Shown: in pieces, positions 11,316 to 21,687 of the stretch | How positions within the stretch are numbered: the first letter of the stretch is position 1 | Layout: each line of letters starts with the position of its first letter | Assembly: GCA_963662545.2 (NCBI GenBank) | Contig: CAXXLL010000003.1 | Span: 2,656,001-2,720,000, forward strand | Length of the DNA stretch: 64,000 nucleotides | Source of the DNA: Gammaproteobacteria bacterium | Lineage (GTDB): Bacteria; Pseudomonadota; Gammaproteobacteria; Ga0077536 | Reading direction: 5' to 3' | Translations under genes and position numbers: made by a program | Notes under the pieces: model-generated | The model's input: the letters and a program-made list of their open reading frames with translations, nothing else | The model's database searches: none | Told to the model about the DNA's origin: nothing

Positions 11316-12692
11316 CTAACGTCCTTCCGTCAACCGGTTCACGTCATGGGTTCGCTTAATGGTCTTGAATTCGACGCGCGGATAGCTCAAACCGCGGCAC
11401 GGAATAATCGTTGCACGCCAGTTCTGCAGGTTCACCACCTGGATCCCCTGAAACGCGCTCATCCGCGTGCCCTCCGGCGTTTCGCCAGCCCCGGCTTTAT
11501 CCTTGGCTTTGAACCAGGGATCTTCGGTCCAGACTTTCGGGATCTTCCACACCTTCCACAACTTGCCGCCTACGTCGTACGCTTCTGAATAGTAAGGCGT
11601 ACCACTCATCGCGCTAGTCATCACGATCTTGCTCGAATAGGGATGGCCCGGCGCCAAATGCGGAATGCCCTTGATGACATCCATTTCCATCAAGGCGTAA
11701 TCGTCCACCTCCTGCCAGCCGTCCGGACCACCAAAGTGCGTGTTGAGGTCCCGCGACCTCGAGATTGACAGCGTCTTGACCGTGCCCAGGAACACCCAGT
11801 CCCACTCGACGGGGCGGCCCGCAAACCCGTAAAAGTCTTCAAGCGTATCCTCTGTTCCCAACAAGACATCCGATTTAACCTCAACCGATATGCGGCGCAC
11901 GCGGCGCAAGCTCGGAATGTAGGCCCAGGAATGATCAGCTTTATGGGGATCCATGTAGCGCAGAATGAGGAAAGCCGTACCGGCGATATCGAACGGTGAG
12001 GTGAAACCCGTGTATTCCCGGAACTCCGTGTTATCGGCCCAGCGGCCGGGGATCCGGTAGCCGGTATCGGCCCGGTGTGCTAGACCATTCATGATCACTT
12101 TTTGGTACGGGCCGTACATAACGCGGCTGAACTTGCCGCCGCCACCATAGTACTTGCCGGTCCAACGCTTCATGAGTTCATGGTCGTCGTGCGTGCCGCC
12201 GCGTTCGACCCAGACCCATTCCACTTCCTCGATGCGCAGGCCATCGTGCTGCCAGCGCCAGTTGTAATTCCAAATCGCCTTATAGCCATCTTCCGTACTG
12301 CCGGGCGTAAACTTCGTCCGATCGAAGGGGCGTCCCGCGGTGTAATTCTGAAGACCACCTTTATCATCCAGCGTGGCCTGGCCCGCGAATTTCTCCGTCG
12401 CGTCCTTATAGGCCTGCGGTGGGGTGAGATCGCCCGGATCCTTGATCCGGTACTCCATGCCTTCGAAACAGAAACCGGCCTGGATCCAGCCCGGTGGGAC
12501 GAACGGCTTCAGCTCTTCGCAGTCTTCGTAGTGAATCAGATCGCCGTCGACGAATTGGAAATTGGCGTCTTGATTGGCTTTAAGCCATCCTTCGAATTCT
12601 TCGACACCAGCTGCTCTAGCCCGCTCTGAATGCACGCTTGCAATGAGGACACTACAAAAGGCGAGCGCGGCTAACCGATTAAATAGGTTCAT
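11316..12692 (-). CDS. DUF1329-family exported protein
   Basis: Signal peptide; NYTAGRPF, WAYIPSLRRVRR, YDxxGKLWK motifs; RBS GGAGGG. Confidence 0.8.
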   Translation of the reverse strand: MNLFNRLAALAFCSVLIASVHSERARAAGVEEFEGWLKANQDANFQFVDGDLIHYEDCEELKPFVPPGWIQAGFCFEGMEYRIKDPGDLTPPQAYKDATEKFAGQATLDDKGGLQNYTAGRPFDRTKFTPGSTEDGYKAIWNYNWRWQHDGLRIEEVEWVWVERGGTHDDHELMKRWTGKYYGGGGKFSRVMYGPYQKVIMNGLAHRADTGYRIPGRWADNTEFREYTGFTSPFDIAGTAFLILRYMDPHKADHSWAYIPSLRRVRRISVEVKSDVLLGTEDTLEDFYGFAGRPVEWDWVFLGTVKTLSISRSRDLNTHFGGPDGWQEVDDYALMEMDVIKGIPHLAPGHPYSSKIVMTSAMSGTPYYSEAYDVGGKLWKVWKIPKVWTEDPWFKAKDKAGAGETPEGTRMSAFQGIQVVNLQNWRATIIPCRGLSYPRVEFKTIKRTHDVNRLTEGR

Positions 12693-13049
12693 TGAATTCC
12701 CTCCATCAGGACGCGAATCGCGACCATAACATCGAATTATAAACAAATTAGTTAAGATGGAAGGACTTTTATTTTGTCCATTTTTAAGAATTTTCCGGAA
12801 CGCTACCGTGCCCGAAAAGGCACGGAACCGGCCCACCTCAGTCCGAATCTGGCCGCTTGAATCCGGGTCCCACGAGTGAAACTCTATGAATTCATTTGGT
12901 TTACGAGCTTCGATAATTCCCGTGGCAATTGGATCCTGGCACGTCGACGATTATGATCCTAAATTGCTTGTCGTGAAATTTATGTGAAATCCGACAGGCA
13001 CCTGCGGAACCTTTACCTGCGCGAAGCATGACCGATAAGAGGAAATAAT

Positions 13050-15113
13050 ATGCACTACGTACTGGGTGTCGATATCGGCGGCACCTTCACCGATTTCTCC
13101 CTGCTCGACAAAGACGGTCACATTGCGCTGTGGAAAGAGGCGACGACGCCTAAAGATCCCGCAGAAGCGATCCAGCGGGGGATTCGCGCTCTGGCCGAAC
13201 AGGCCGAGATGAGCCTCGACAAATTCCTCGATCGCCTCGATTTGTTCGTCCACGGTTCGACCATTGCGACCAATACGGTAATCCAACGTAACGGACCTAA
13301 GACCGCACTGTTATGCACCGAGGGATTCCGCGACGTCATTCACTTTCGCGATGGCTTCAAACCCGACCGCTACAACATCCAACTGCAACCGCCGGAAGAT
13401 TTCATTCCGCGCTACCTGCGCATTCCGATCAAGGAGCGCGTGAACTACACCGGTGAGGTCGTAGCACCGCTCGAGGAAGATTCGGTGCATGCCGCCGCCG
13501 CGAAGCTCAAAAATGCTGGTGTCGAATCCGTGGCAGTCGCCTTTTTGTGGTCGATCATGAACGCCGATCACGAGCGGCGCGTTAAAGCGATCATCGAAGA
13601 GAAACTGCCGGGCGTGCCGGTGGTGTTGAGTTCCGATGTGCTGCCGATGATCCGCGAATGGGAGCGCACGACCTGCGCGGTGTTGAGCGCCTACGTGATC
13701 CCGGGCATTGCACGCTACATGGTGGAACTCGAAGAGTTCCTGCACGGTAACGGTTTTCGTCATCCGCTCTTGATCATGCAGCTCAATGGCGGCAGCTCGA
13801 CGGTCAACAAGATTCTGCATCGGCCGATTTACACGCTGGCCTCCGGTCCGGCGGCGGCACCCATAGCCGGGCTCCATTGTTCCCAACGAGTCGGGATGGA
13901 GAATGTGATCACGATCGACATGGGCGGTACCAGTTTCGATGTCTCGATGGTGACCGACGGCACGCCGACTTTGACGCGCGAGCTTCGCGTGCACGACCTG
14001 CCGGTCGGCGTCGCCGCAGTCGACGTGCATTCCGTAGGGGCCGGCGGCGGCAGCATCGCCTGGATTGACAAGGGCGGCGCACTGCAGGTCGGTCCGCAGA
14101 GCGCGGGCGCCGAACCGGGACCGGCGTGTTACGCGCAGGGCGGCACCGATCCCACATGCACCGATGCGAACGTCGTCCTGGGTTATATCAATCCGGATTA
14201 TTTTCTCGGCGGGCGGCGCGAGATTAATGTTGAGCTCTCCGAACGTGCGATTGAGAACCTTATTGCAAAGCCGCTCGGTTTGACGGTGCCCGAAGCGGCG
14301 CACGGCATATTCCGGATCATCAACAACAACATGGTGGATGCGATCCGCGTGGTCTCGATCGAGCGTGGGATCGATCCGCGCCATTACTCGCTCGTGGTCG
14401 GGGGCGGGGCGGGCGCTATCCACGCCGGCATGCTCGGCCGCACGCTCGGCATGAAAACTGCGATTATTCCGCGCTACAGTGGCGTGTTCTGCTCCGTCGG
14501 CATGATCGTCAGCGACGTACGTCATGATTACATGCAGGCCTTCGCGACCAACACCAAGCGCTTCGATCTGGAAGGCGCGAATAAAGTCATCGCCGATCTG
14601 GAACGCAAGGCGCTCGACGATATGATCGAGGAGGGTTTTCCCGAGGGCGAGGTAACCCTCACGCGCTTCGCGGATGCCAAGTATCCGGCGCAGATCCACG
14701 AGCTGACGGTGCCGCTCAAGGCCGACGGGCCGTTGACCGAGGCGCATATCGATGAAATGGCCGAGGCGTTCCACGATCTGCACGAACGCATGTTCAGTTA
14801 CAGCGTGCGCGAGAGTTCGGTCGACTTCTTCCACTGGCGCGTGATCGCGCACCGGGCCGTGCAGTCGCCACAAACTCCCGAGCTGCCGGAGACCGGCGAA
14901 CCCGTCACCAAGGTCCAGAAAGGGACGCGTCGGGTCTATTTCGGCGATATCGACGACTATCGCGACACCAAAATTTACGACGGAGATCGGCTCAATCGCG
15001 GTATGATGATCACCGGTCCCGCCGTCGTGGAGCAGCAGAACACGACCATCGTGGTCTTTCCGGGCCAGAAGCTTGAAGTGAATGAGTACGGTGATTTCGT
15101 CCTAGAGCTCTGA
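13050..15113 (+). CDS. Hydantoinase/oxoprolinase subunit A (HyuA/CapA-like)
   Basis: GVDIGGTFTD, HGSTIATN, SGPAAA, DMGGTSFD, GAGGGSIA, PTCTDAN. Confidence 0.93.
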   Translation: MHYVLGVDIGGTFTDFSLLDKDGHIALWKEATTPKDPAEAIQRGIRALAEQAEMSLDKFLDRLDLFVHGSTIATNTVIQRNGPKTALLCTEGFRDVIHFRDGFKPDRYNIQLQPPEDFIPRYLRIPIKERVNYTGEVVAPLEEDSVHAAAAKLKNAGVESVAVAFLWSIMNADHERRVKAIIEEKLPGVPVVLSSDVLPMIREWERTTCAVLSAYVIPGIARYMVELEEFLHGNGFRHPLLIMQLNGGSSTVNKILHRPIYTLASGPAAAPIAGLHCSQRVGMENVITIDMGGTSFDVSMVTDGTPTLTRELRVHDLPVGVAAVDVHSVGAGGGSIAWIDKGGALQVGPQSAGAEPGPACYAQGGTDPTCTDANVVLGYINPDYFLGGRREINVELSERAIENLIAKPLGLTVPEAAHGIFRIINNNMVDAIRVVSIERGIDPRHYSLVVGGGAGAIHAGMLGRTLGMKTAIIPRYSGVFCSVGMIVSDVRHDYMQAFATNTKRFDLEGANKVIADLERKALDDMIEEGFPEGEVTLTRFADAKYPAQIHELTVPLKADGPLTEAHIDEMAEAFHDLHERMFSYSVRESSVDFFHWRVIAHRAVQSPQTPELPETGEPVTKVQKGTRRVYFGDIDDYRDTKIYDGDRLNRGMMITGPAVVEQQNTTIVVFPGQKLEVNEYGDFVLEL

Positions 15114-15147
15114 AATGGGGCGTAGAGAGTAAACAGGAGGATTCCTG

Positions 15148-17061
15148 ATGAGTACTGTACAACCGGTTAAGGATTTCGATTCCCAGCACGACAAGATCCC
15201 GCTGTTGGCCGATGAAAACATCGACCCGATCACGTTTTCCGTGATTTTGAACCGCTTCAATACCATTGCGAGGGAGATGACCTTGACCTTGGAGTACACG
15301 GCATGGACGTCGATCCTGGCGCTGGCGCGCGACTTCTCCTGTGCCATCTACGACGCCAAGGCGCGACAGGTGTGCATGATGGATGCACTGCCTATCCATA
15401 CCAATTCGCTGCACGTGATTCTGCACTCCATGGTCAATGCCTTCGAGGGCAAGGTCTACGACGGCGACGTCATCGTCAGCAACGACCCCTACAGCGGTAA
15501 CACCCACGTCGGCGATTTCGTCACCGCCTGCCCCGTGTTCTACAAGGGCGAACACCTGTTCTGGGCCGTGACCAAGGGGCACCAGCTCGACTGCGGCGCC
15601 TACGAGGCAACCAGCGTCGCGCCGAGCGCCAAGAACGTGTGGCAGGAAGCGCTGCAACTGCCGCCGATCAAGTTCTACGAAAAAGGCGAGCCGCGTACCG
15701 ATGTGATCAACATGTATCTCGCCAACGTGCGTTATCGCGACCTGCTGTACGGCGATCTGATGGCGCAGCTCGGCTCCATCTGGACCGGCAAGCGGCGGAT
15801 GGTGGAACTCGTCGATGAATACGGTCCCGAAGAGCTGACCCATTACATCGACGCGATTCTCGACTACGCCGACCGGCGCACCAGCGAAGAGATCCACAAC
15901 ATACCCGACGGCAGCTATTTCGCGGAATCGTGGATCGACTCCGACGGCATGGGCAACACCAACCTCAAGGTGTGCGCCGAAGTCAAAGTCCAAGGCGATC
16001 ATATCCACGTCGATTTTGCGGGCAGCTCGCCCCAGGGCGCGGGCGGCACCAACGGCACGCAGGGCGTGATGGAGGCCTCGGCCGGAATCCCGGTGCTGTG
16101 CGCCATCGATCCCAACATTCCGCATAACGAAGGCTGCTTGAGACATATCAGTTGCGACGCCCCGGAAGGCTCGATCGTTAAAGCCAAATACCCGGCGGCA
16201 ACCGCCATGGCGACGCTGTGTCCTGCCGCTCAGGAACAGGAGGTGGTGTGGAAAGCGCTGGCGCAGGCAGTTCCGGAACGATCGTCCGCGGGTTACGGCG
16301 GATTCCACTGCGTCCCTTCAATCTCGGGCGTCGACGAGCGCGGCGACGAACCGGTGGACTGGGCTGCGATGTTCTTCAACGGGGGCTCCGGCGGCGGCGC
16401 TTCGAAAAATGCCGACGGCTGGCCCTTGATCATGCTTTCGTCTGGTCTCGGCGGCCTCAAGATCCTGAGCACCGAGATGAGCGAACTGCTCTACCCGCTC
16501 ATGATCGATAAGCATGAAATCGAGACCGATTCCATGGGTCATGGCAACACCATGGGGGGTGCCGGCATCAATATCGTCGTGCGGCCTTATGGCACGCCCA
16601 TGGATTGCCATGTGACGGGCGACGGCGCGTCGAACCCGCCCTTTGGTTTGTTCGGGGGCACGCCCGGCATCGGCGGCGGCAACTACCGCGAAAATCTGGA
16701 AGCCGGGCACCGCGATTACTGCTCGAGCAAGGGCTACATGAAAATCGAGCCCGGTGAGGTCTGGGTGGGTGTCTCTTCGGGCGGGGGCGGTTACGGTGAC
16801 CCGCTAGCTCGCCCGGCGGAAAAAGTGTGTGAACACGTGCGCGACGAGATCATCAGCTTCAAGACGGCTCGGGACAACTACGGCGTCGTAATGGATCCGG
16901 AGACCTTCCAGCTGGACGAGATCGCCACTGCAAAGCTTCGCGCCAAGATCACAGCCACAAGAGGCGAGGTACCGATGCTGCAACCGACCGAAGCCGGCGC
17001 CGCTACGTGGCTCAAAGAAAATATGCGCGAGGGCGACAGCTACCTGCTCGACCCGCAATAG
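15148..17061 (+). CDS. Hydantoinase B/oxoprolinase subunit B
   Basis: ARDFSCAI, NDPYSGNTH, GGGGYGDP; adjacent to subunit A with RBS AGGAGG. Confidence 0.93.
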   Translation: MSTVQPVKDFDSQHDKIPLLADENIDPITFSVILNRFNTIAREMTLTLEYTAWTSILALARDFSCAIYDAKARQVCMMDALPIHTNSLHVILHSMVNAFEGKVYDGDVIVSNDPYSGNTHVGDFVTACPVFYKGEHLFWAVTKGHQLDCGAYEATSVAPSAKNVWQEALQLPPIKFYEKGEPRTDVINMYLANVRYRDLLYGDLMAQLGSIWTGKRRMVELVDEYGPEELTHYIDAILDYADRRTSEEIHNIPDGSYFAESWIDSDGMGNTNLKVCAEVKVQGDHIHVDFAGSSPQGAGGTNGTQGVMEASAGIPVLCAIDPNIPHNEGCLRHISCDAPEGSIVKAKYPAATAMATLCPAAQEQEVVWKALAQAVPERSSAGYGGFHCVPSISGVDERGDEPVDWAAMFFNGGSGGGASKNADGWPLIMLSSGLGGLKILSTEMSELLYPLMIDKHEIETDSMGHGNTMGGAGINIVVRPYGTPMDCHVTGDGASNPPFGLFGGTPGIGGGNYRENLEAGHRDYCSSKGYMKIEPGEVWVGVSSGGGGYGDPLARPAEKVCEHVRDEIISFKTARDNYGVVMDPETFQLDEIATAKLRAKITATRGEVPMLQPTEAGAATWLKENMREGDSYLLDPQ

Positions 17062-17081
17062 TCGGGCAAGTCCGGATCTTT

Positions 17082-17133
17082 GGGGTCAGGTCGTTCATTG
17101 CCGTATGGTTGCGGCAATGAACGACCTGACCCC
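17082..17133. repeat. Perfect 22-bp-arm palindrome between convergent genes
   Basis: GGGGTCAGGTCGTTCATTGCCG-N8-CGGCAATGAACGACCTGACCCC. Confidence 0.85.
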
Positions 17134-17138
17134 CTCAC

Positions 17139-17453
17139 CTACATATCAAACGCTTCCGCAAGTTCGACCGAACCGCCCGCGCCAAGAATAGGGCACCCTT
17201 GCGCTTTTGTAACCGCGTCATCGACATCCGAAGCTTCGATTAAGCTAAAGCCACTGACAGGATTGGAACCCCCGTTATCAACAACCGAACCGTTGCTCTG
17301 CACTGTCGATGACTTGCCGACCGGATTGCCACCATCGACAACGGCACTACCCAGCGATCCAAACCACTGCCCCCAGGCGTCCATTACTTTTGCTTGATCT
17401 TCCTTCGTTTCTGGAACGCTGCCGCCGTGATACACAAATAGATATTTCGACAT
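17139..17453 (-). CDS. YCII-related small protein
   Basis: KYLFVYHGG...WGQWF...VSGFSLIEA...A..CP...GSVEL pattern. Confidence 0.75.
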   Translation of the reverse strand: MSKYLFVYHGGSVPETKEDQAKVMDAWGQWFGSLGSAVVDGGNPVGKSSTVQSNGSVVDNGGSNPVSGFSLIEASDVDDAVTKAQGCPILGAGGSVELAEAFDM

Positions 17454-17651
17454 TTTTCGGATCTCCGATTTAACGAGTTGGAATGACTATCGGCCCGGCT
17501 GTTGAAACGCAGCCTTCCGGCTACTGCGGCATGACGCCTTACAGTTGCATAGGCTGATAAAACTAGAGACTATCATCAGCAGAACCCCCTGACAGTGGGT
17601 AAAGTGCTGATAAATAGCACTGCTAAATGTGTAAAGTGCACAATGAGGCCA

Positions 17652-18935
17652 ATGTCCGATTATCATACCAAGGCCCTCAATGAAGCACTGCGGAAGCTCA
17701 GCCGCAACCCACTCCTGCCGGCCGCCGCCAGGCATCTAGCTGATAATTCCGCGGCCATCAATGCCGAACAAAGCGAAGCAATCCTAGCCGCGATACCGGC
17801 ATTCTCTGAATCCAGGAACCCCGATGACCTGCCTGATCTCGCTCGGCATACGAGTGAAATGCTACATTTGCTTGGCGGCGGTCCTGTAGATACCTTCGAT
17901 TTCGTGCGCGAGCATGCCTGGCGGCTCGCTGAGCACCGTTTTTCATTGGAGGCGACGCTGCACGCGTACCGCTGCAGTCACAAGGTCTTTTCGCGCTGGG
18001 TCCGTGAGGCGATACTGGCGTTGGTATCGTCCCCGAAAGAAGCGCAGCAACTTGCCGCTGCTACTTTGGATTTCACGGTCGAATATACCGATGCGATCAC
18101 TTCGATCGCTGCGGGCGCCTATTTGTCCCAAACGCGTTTGCTCGCCGATGTCGCTGGGGACCGGCGCGCGGAGTTGCTCACCATTTTGCTCGATGGCTAC
18201 GATGAGTCGGACGGGCGCGTGGCGAAGGTATTACGCGAAGCCGGCTATCTCGACAAACGCCAGTCGTTTTGTGTGGCAATGGTGCAGCCTGTAGATCCTT
18301 CAGAAATGATCAATCTTGATCGCGCACGTCGATTGGTCGATTCAATCGATAAGATTTTGCAGAGATCACCGTCGCGTCGCCTCATCGATTTACGTCACGA
18401 CAAGGTCGCCATCGTATTTTCTGATACCTGCCGACTGTCCGGTTGGACGGCGCCGCACACAGCGCTCGGCAGACGGGTAAGGTCTGGGCTATCGATGGTC
18501 GGCAACGCGGTCCTAATCGGCCTCAGCAATGACGTGCCATCAACTTCGCAGATTCCGACAGCCTATAGAGAGGCACTGCTCGCCCTCGAACTCGCCGAGG
18601 TAACTCACCGGGTCGTACATATCGCCGAAGTACCGGCGCGGCGTCTGATGTTACATTTGGCTGGCGATGAATTGCAGCGAGTATTGCCGGCTTGGACGCG
18701 TGAGTTCTTTCTGGCTGATGACAAGCTTGGCGGCTCTCTGGTCGCGACCTTACGCGCATACGCGAACGCGGATATGAATGTATTGAAAGCCGCGCAGAGG
18801 CTGTCGGTGCACCCCAATACGATCTATTCGCGGTTGCAAAAAATCCTCAGTATCACGGGTTTGCAGGCACGGTCTTATCACGCATTGACGGAGTTGCTCA
18901 TTGTTGCCGATTGCAGGCGTCGTTCGCTCGAATAA
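17652..18935 (+). CDS. PucR/CdaR-family transcriptional regulator
   Basis: C-terminal HTH TLRAY...AAQRLSVHPNTIYSRLQKI. Confidence 0.85.
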   Translation: MSDYHTKALNEALRKLSRNPLLPAAARHLADNSAAINAEQSEAILAAIPAFSESRNPDDLPDLARHTSEMLHLLGGGPVDTFDFVREHAWRLAEHRFSLEATLHAYRCSHKVFSRWVREAILALVSSPKEAQQLAAATLDFTVEYTDAITSIAAGAYLSQTRLLADVAGDRRAELLTILLDGYDESDGRVAKVLREAGYLDKRQSFCVAMVQPVDPSEMINLDRARRLVDSIDKILQRSPSRRLIDLRHDKVAIVFSDTCRLSGWTAPHTALGRRVRSGLSMVGNAVLIGLSNDVPSTSQIPTAYREALLALELAEVTHRVVHIAEVPARRLMLHLAGDELQRVLPAWTREFFLADDKLGGSLVATLRAYANADMNVLKAAQRLSVHPNTIYSRLQKILSITGLQARSYHALTELLIVADCRRRSLE

Positions 18936-19054
18936 TAATTGCGGCTGATGCGGGAATCGTTTAGCGATCCGAATTCGGGCGAACCAGGGTAGCGAGGCGC
19001 TTCATCGTAAATGGGTAAGCTATCTCCTCTTTACCGAGCGTATAAGCCTGACCA

Positions 19055-19306
19055 CTACAGGCAGGACAGATTGGCTTGTTCGGCCAGCACGGAGACTTCG
19101 TCCAGACCGAGTTCGCGGCGCACGATGTTCGCGCCGCGAACCAGTGAGACCATCTTGTAGAACGCGTGCTTGCGGCTGAGCCCCTGGCGGCCGAAGCCGC
19201 AGTCGCTGCTCAGGATCAAGCGCCCGGCGTCGATGAGTTCGAGCACCCTGCGGATGTCATCGGCGACTTCTTCCGGCGTCTCGACCTGCAGGCTGCGGTG
19301 CGAGAT
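19055..19306 (-). pseudogene. C-terminal fragment of a cobalamin-independent methionine synthase (MetE)-like protein, cut by IS21
   Basis: ISHRSLQVETPEEVA...RLILSSDCGFGRQ. Confidence 0.8.
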
Positions 19307-19420
19307 TGAGAACGGCGGTGACAAATTAGTCCACGGAAGCGGCGGGATTTCCCAGCCGCGGGCGGAGTAAAACTCTGCCACCTGTAGCCTTCGATCTTTT
19401 TTGAGATGGAAGGCGGGAGG

Positions 19421-20920
19421 ATGTACACCGTGGACCTATATCTGCGCGTTCGGCTGGCCTGCCATGTTGATGGTCTGAGCCAGCGAGAGGCGGCAAGTCG
19501 GTTTGGCATTGCGCGCGAGACGGTGAGGAAGATGCTGCGGCATTCGGAACCGCCGGGATATCGGCGACGCCAGCCACCGAAACGCCCGAAACGGGCCCCC
19601 TTCACGGATATCATCGACCGTATTCTGGAGGAGGACCGAACGGTTCACCGTAAGCAGCACCACACGGCGAAGCGTATATTCGAGCGCCTTCGCGACGAAC
19701 ATGGCTTCACGGGCAAAGAGACCATCGTGAAGGATTACGTTCGGGAACGGCGCCTTCGTCGGCGTGAGATGTTTGTGCCGTTGTCACATCCTCCGGGCCA
19801 TGCTCAAGCGGACTTTGGCGAGGCGGATGCGATCATCGCCGGCGTCAAGTATCGGGCGCATTTTTTCGTCATGACACTTCCCCACAGCGATGCCTGCTTC
19901 GTTGCGGCCTACCCGTCAGCGACGACGGAGGCCTGGCTGGACGGGCACAACAGAACCTTCGCCTTCTTCGGCGGTGTTCCCCGATCGATTCTCTACGACA
20001 ACGACAAGTGCCTGGTGTCGCGCATCTTGCCGGATGGCACGCGACAACGAACGCGAGCGTTCAGCGGACTGCAGTCCCATTACCTCTTCGAGGACCGTTA
20101 CGGCCGTCCCGGCAAGGGCAACGACAAAGGCAATGTTGAGGGGGTGGTTGGCTACGCCCGACGGAACTTCATGACGCCGCTTCCCCGGTTCGCGAGCTGG
20201 GACGCCTTCAACGCTTACCTGGAGGAACAATGCCGCAAACGGCAAGACGACGTCCTGCGCGGCCACCGCGAGAGCATCGGCGAACGGTTTGTGCGTGACC
20301 GCGAAGCGTTGAAGAGGCCACTGCCGGCACCGTTCGACGCGTGCGACAAGCAGGGCACGCGGGTCAACTCGCTGTCCCTGGTGCGCTACCGGACGAATGA
20401 CTATTCCGTGCCCGTCGCCTACGGCCATCAGGAAGTCTGGATCCGTGGCTATGTCCACGAGGTGGTTATCGGTTGCGGCGCCGGGATCATTGCCCGACAC
20501 CCCCGTTCCTACGACCGGGAAGATAGGGTCTTCGATCCGATCCACTACCTGCCTTTGCTGGAGCACAAGATCGGTGCCCTGGATCAGGCCGCGCCGCTAG
20601 CCGGATGGGAACTGCCTGATGCCTTCCCAACCCTGCGCCGTCTCCTGGAGGCGCGCATGGGCAAGGCCGGCAAGCGGGAATACGTCCAGGTCCTTCGGCT
20701 TCTGGAGACCTTCGATCTCGAGGTGCTTCACGGCGCGGTGAAGGACGCCCTGCGCCTGGGCGCGATCGGCTACGACGCCGTCAAACACCTTGTGCTGTGC
20801 CGTATCGAGCGACGCCCGCCCAAACTCGACCTGGATATCTATCCCTACCTGCCTCGGGCCAACGTGGCGACCACGGCCGCCGCCAGTTATATGAGCTTGT
20901 TGGGTGGAGGCGCGTCATGA
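19421..20920 (+). CDS. istA: IstA DDE transposase
   Basis: AQADFGE, LYDND, KGNVEGVV motifs. Confidence 0.95.
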   Translation: MYTVDLYLRVRLACHVDGLSQREAASRFGIARETVRKMLRHSEPPGYRRRQPPKRPKRAPFTDIIDRILEEDRTVHRKQHHTAKRIFERLRDEHGFTGKETIVKDYVRERRLRRREMFVPLSHPPGHAQADFGEADAIIAGVKYRAHFFVMTLPHSDACFVAAYPSATTEAWLDGHNRTFAFFGGVPRSILYDNDKCLVSRILPDGTRQRTRAFSGLQSHYLFEDRYGRPGKGNDKGNVEGVVGYARRNFMTPLPRFASWDAFNAYLEEQCRKRQDDVLRGHRESIGERFVRDREALKRPLPAPFDACDKQGTRVNSLSLVRYRTNDYSVPVAYGHQEVWIRGYVHEVVIGCGAGIIARHPRSYDREDRVFDPIHYLPLLEHKIGALDQAAPLAGWELPDAFPTLRRLLEARMGKAGKREYVQVLRLLETFDLEVLHGAVKDALRLGAIGYDAVKHLVLCRIERRPPKLDLDIYPYLPRANVATTAAASYMSLLGGGAS

Positions 20921-21687
20921 CCGATACGCCGCAAGTGTTGCTGGCCCATCACCTCAAGACCCTGAAACTGCCGACGTTCCTGCGCGAATACGACAAGCTG
21001 GCCCGCCAATGCGCCACCGAGGGCGCCGACCCTGTGCGGTATCTTGTCCGTCTGACCGAGTTGGAACTGATCGACCGTGAGCGCCGCATGGTCGAGCGGC
21101 GGATCAGACAGGCCAGGTTCCCCGCCGTCAAAAGCCTCGACAGCTTCGACTTCAAGGCCATCGCCTCGCTCAACAAGATGCTGGTTCTGGAGTTGGCGCG
21201 ATGCGAATACGTAGAGCGTCGTGAGAATATCATCGCGCTCGGCAACAGCGGAACCGGCAAGACCCATATCGCCCTCGGTCTCGGTCTGGCGGCCTGCCAA
21301 AAGGGGCTCTCCGTCGGCTTCATCACGGCCGCCGCCCTGGTTCATGAACTGATGGAGGCCAGGGATGAAAAACGCCTGTTGCGCCTGCAGAAGCAACTGG
21401 CAAAGTATCACCTTCTGATCATCGACGAACTCGGCTTCGTGCCGCTCTCGAAGACCGGCGCCGAGCTGCTGTTCGAAGTCTTCAGCCAGCGCTACGAGCG
21501 GGGCTCGATCATGGTGACCTCCAACTTGCCGTTCGATGAGTGGACGGAGATATTCGGCTCGGAACGTCTGACCGGGGCTTTGCTGGACCGCCTGACCCAC
21601 CCTGTCCATATCCTGGAAATGAACGGCGAGAGCTATCGTCTCAACCAAAGCCAAAAACGGCGGAAATCCCCAAATACGCCTGCTTGA
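20917..21687 (+). CDS. istB: IstB helper ATPase
   Basis: Same protein as 3117-3887. Confidence 0.95.
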   Translation: MTDTPQVLLAHHLKTLKLPTFLREYDKLARQCATEGADPVRYLVRLTELELIDRERRMVERRIRQARFPAVKSLDSFDFKAIASLNKMLVLELARCEYVERRENIIALGNSGTGKTHIALGLGLAACQKGLSVGFITAAALVHELMEARDEKRLLRLQKQLAKYHLLIIDELGFVPLSKTGAELLFEVFSQRYERGSIMVTSNLPFDEWTEIFGSERLTGALLDRLTHPVHILEMNGESYRLNQSQKRRKSPNTPA

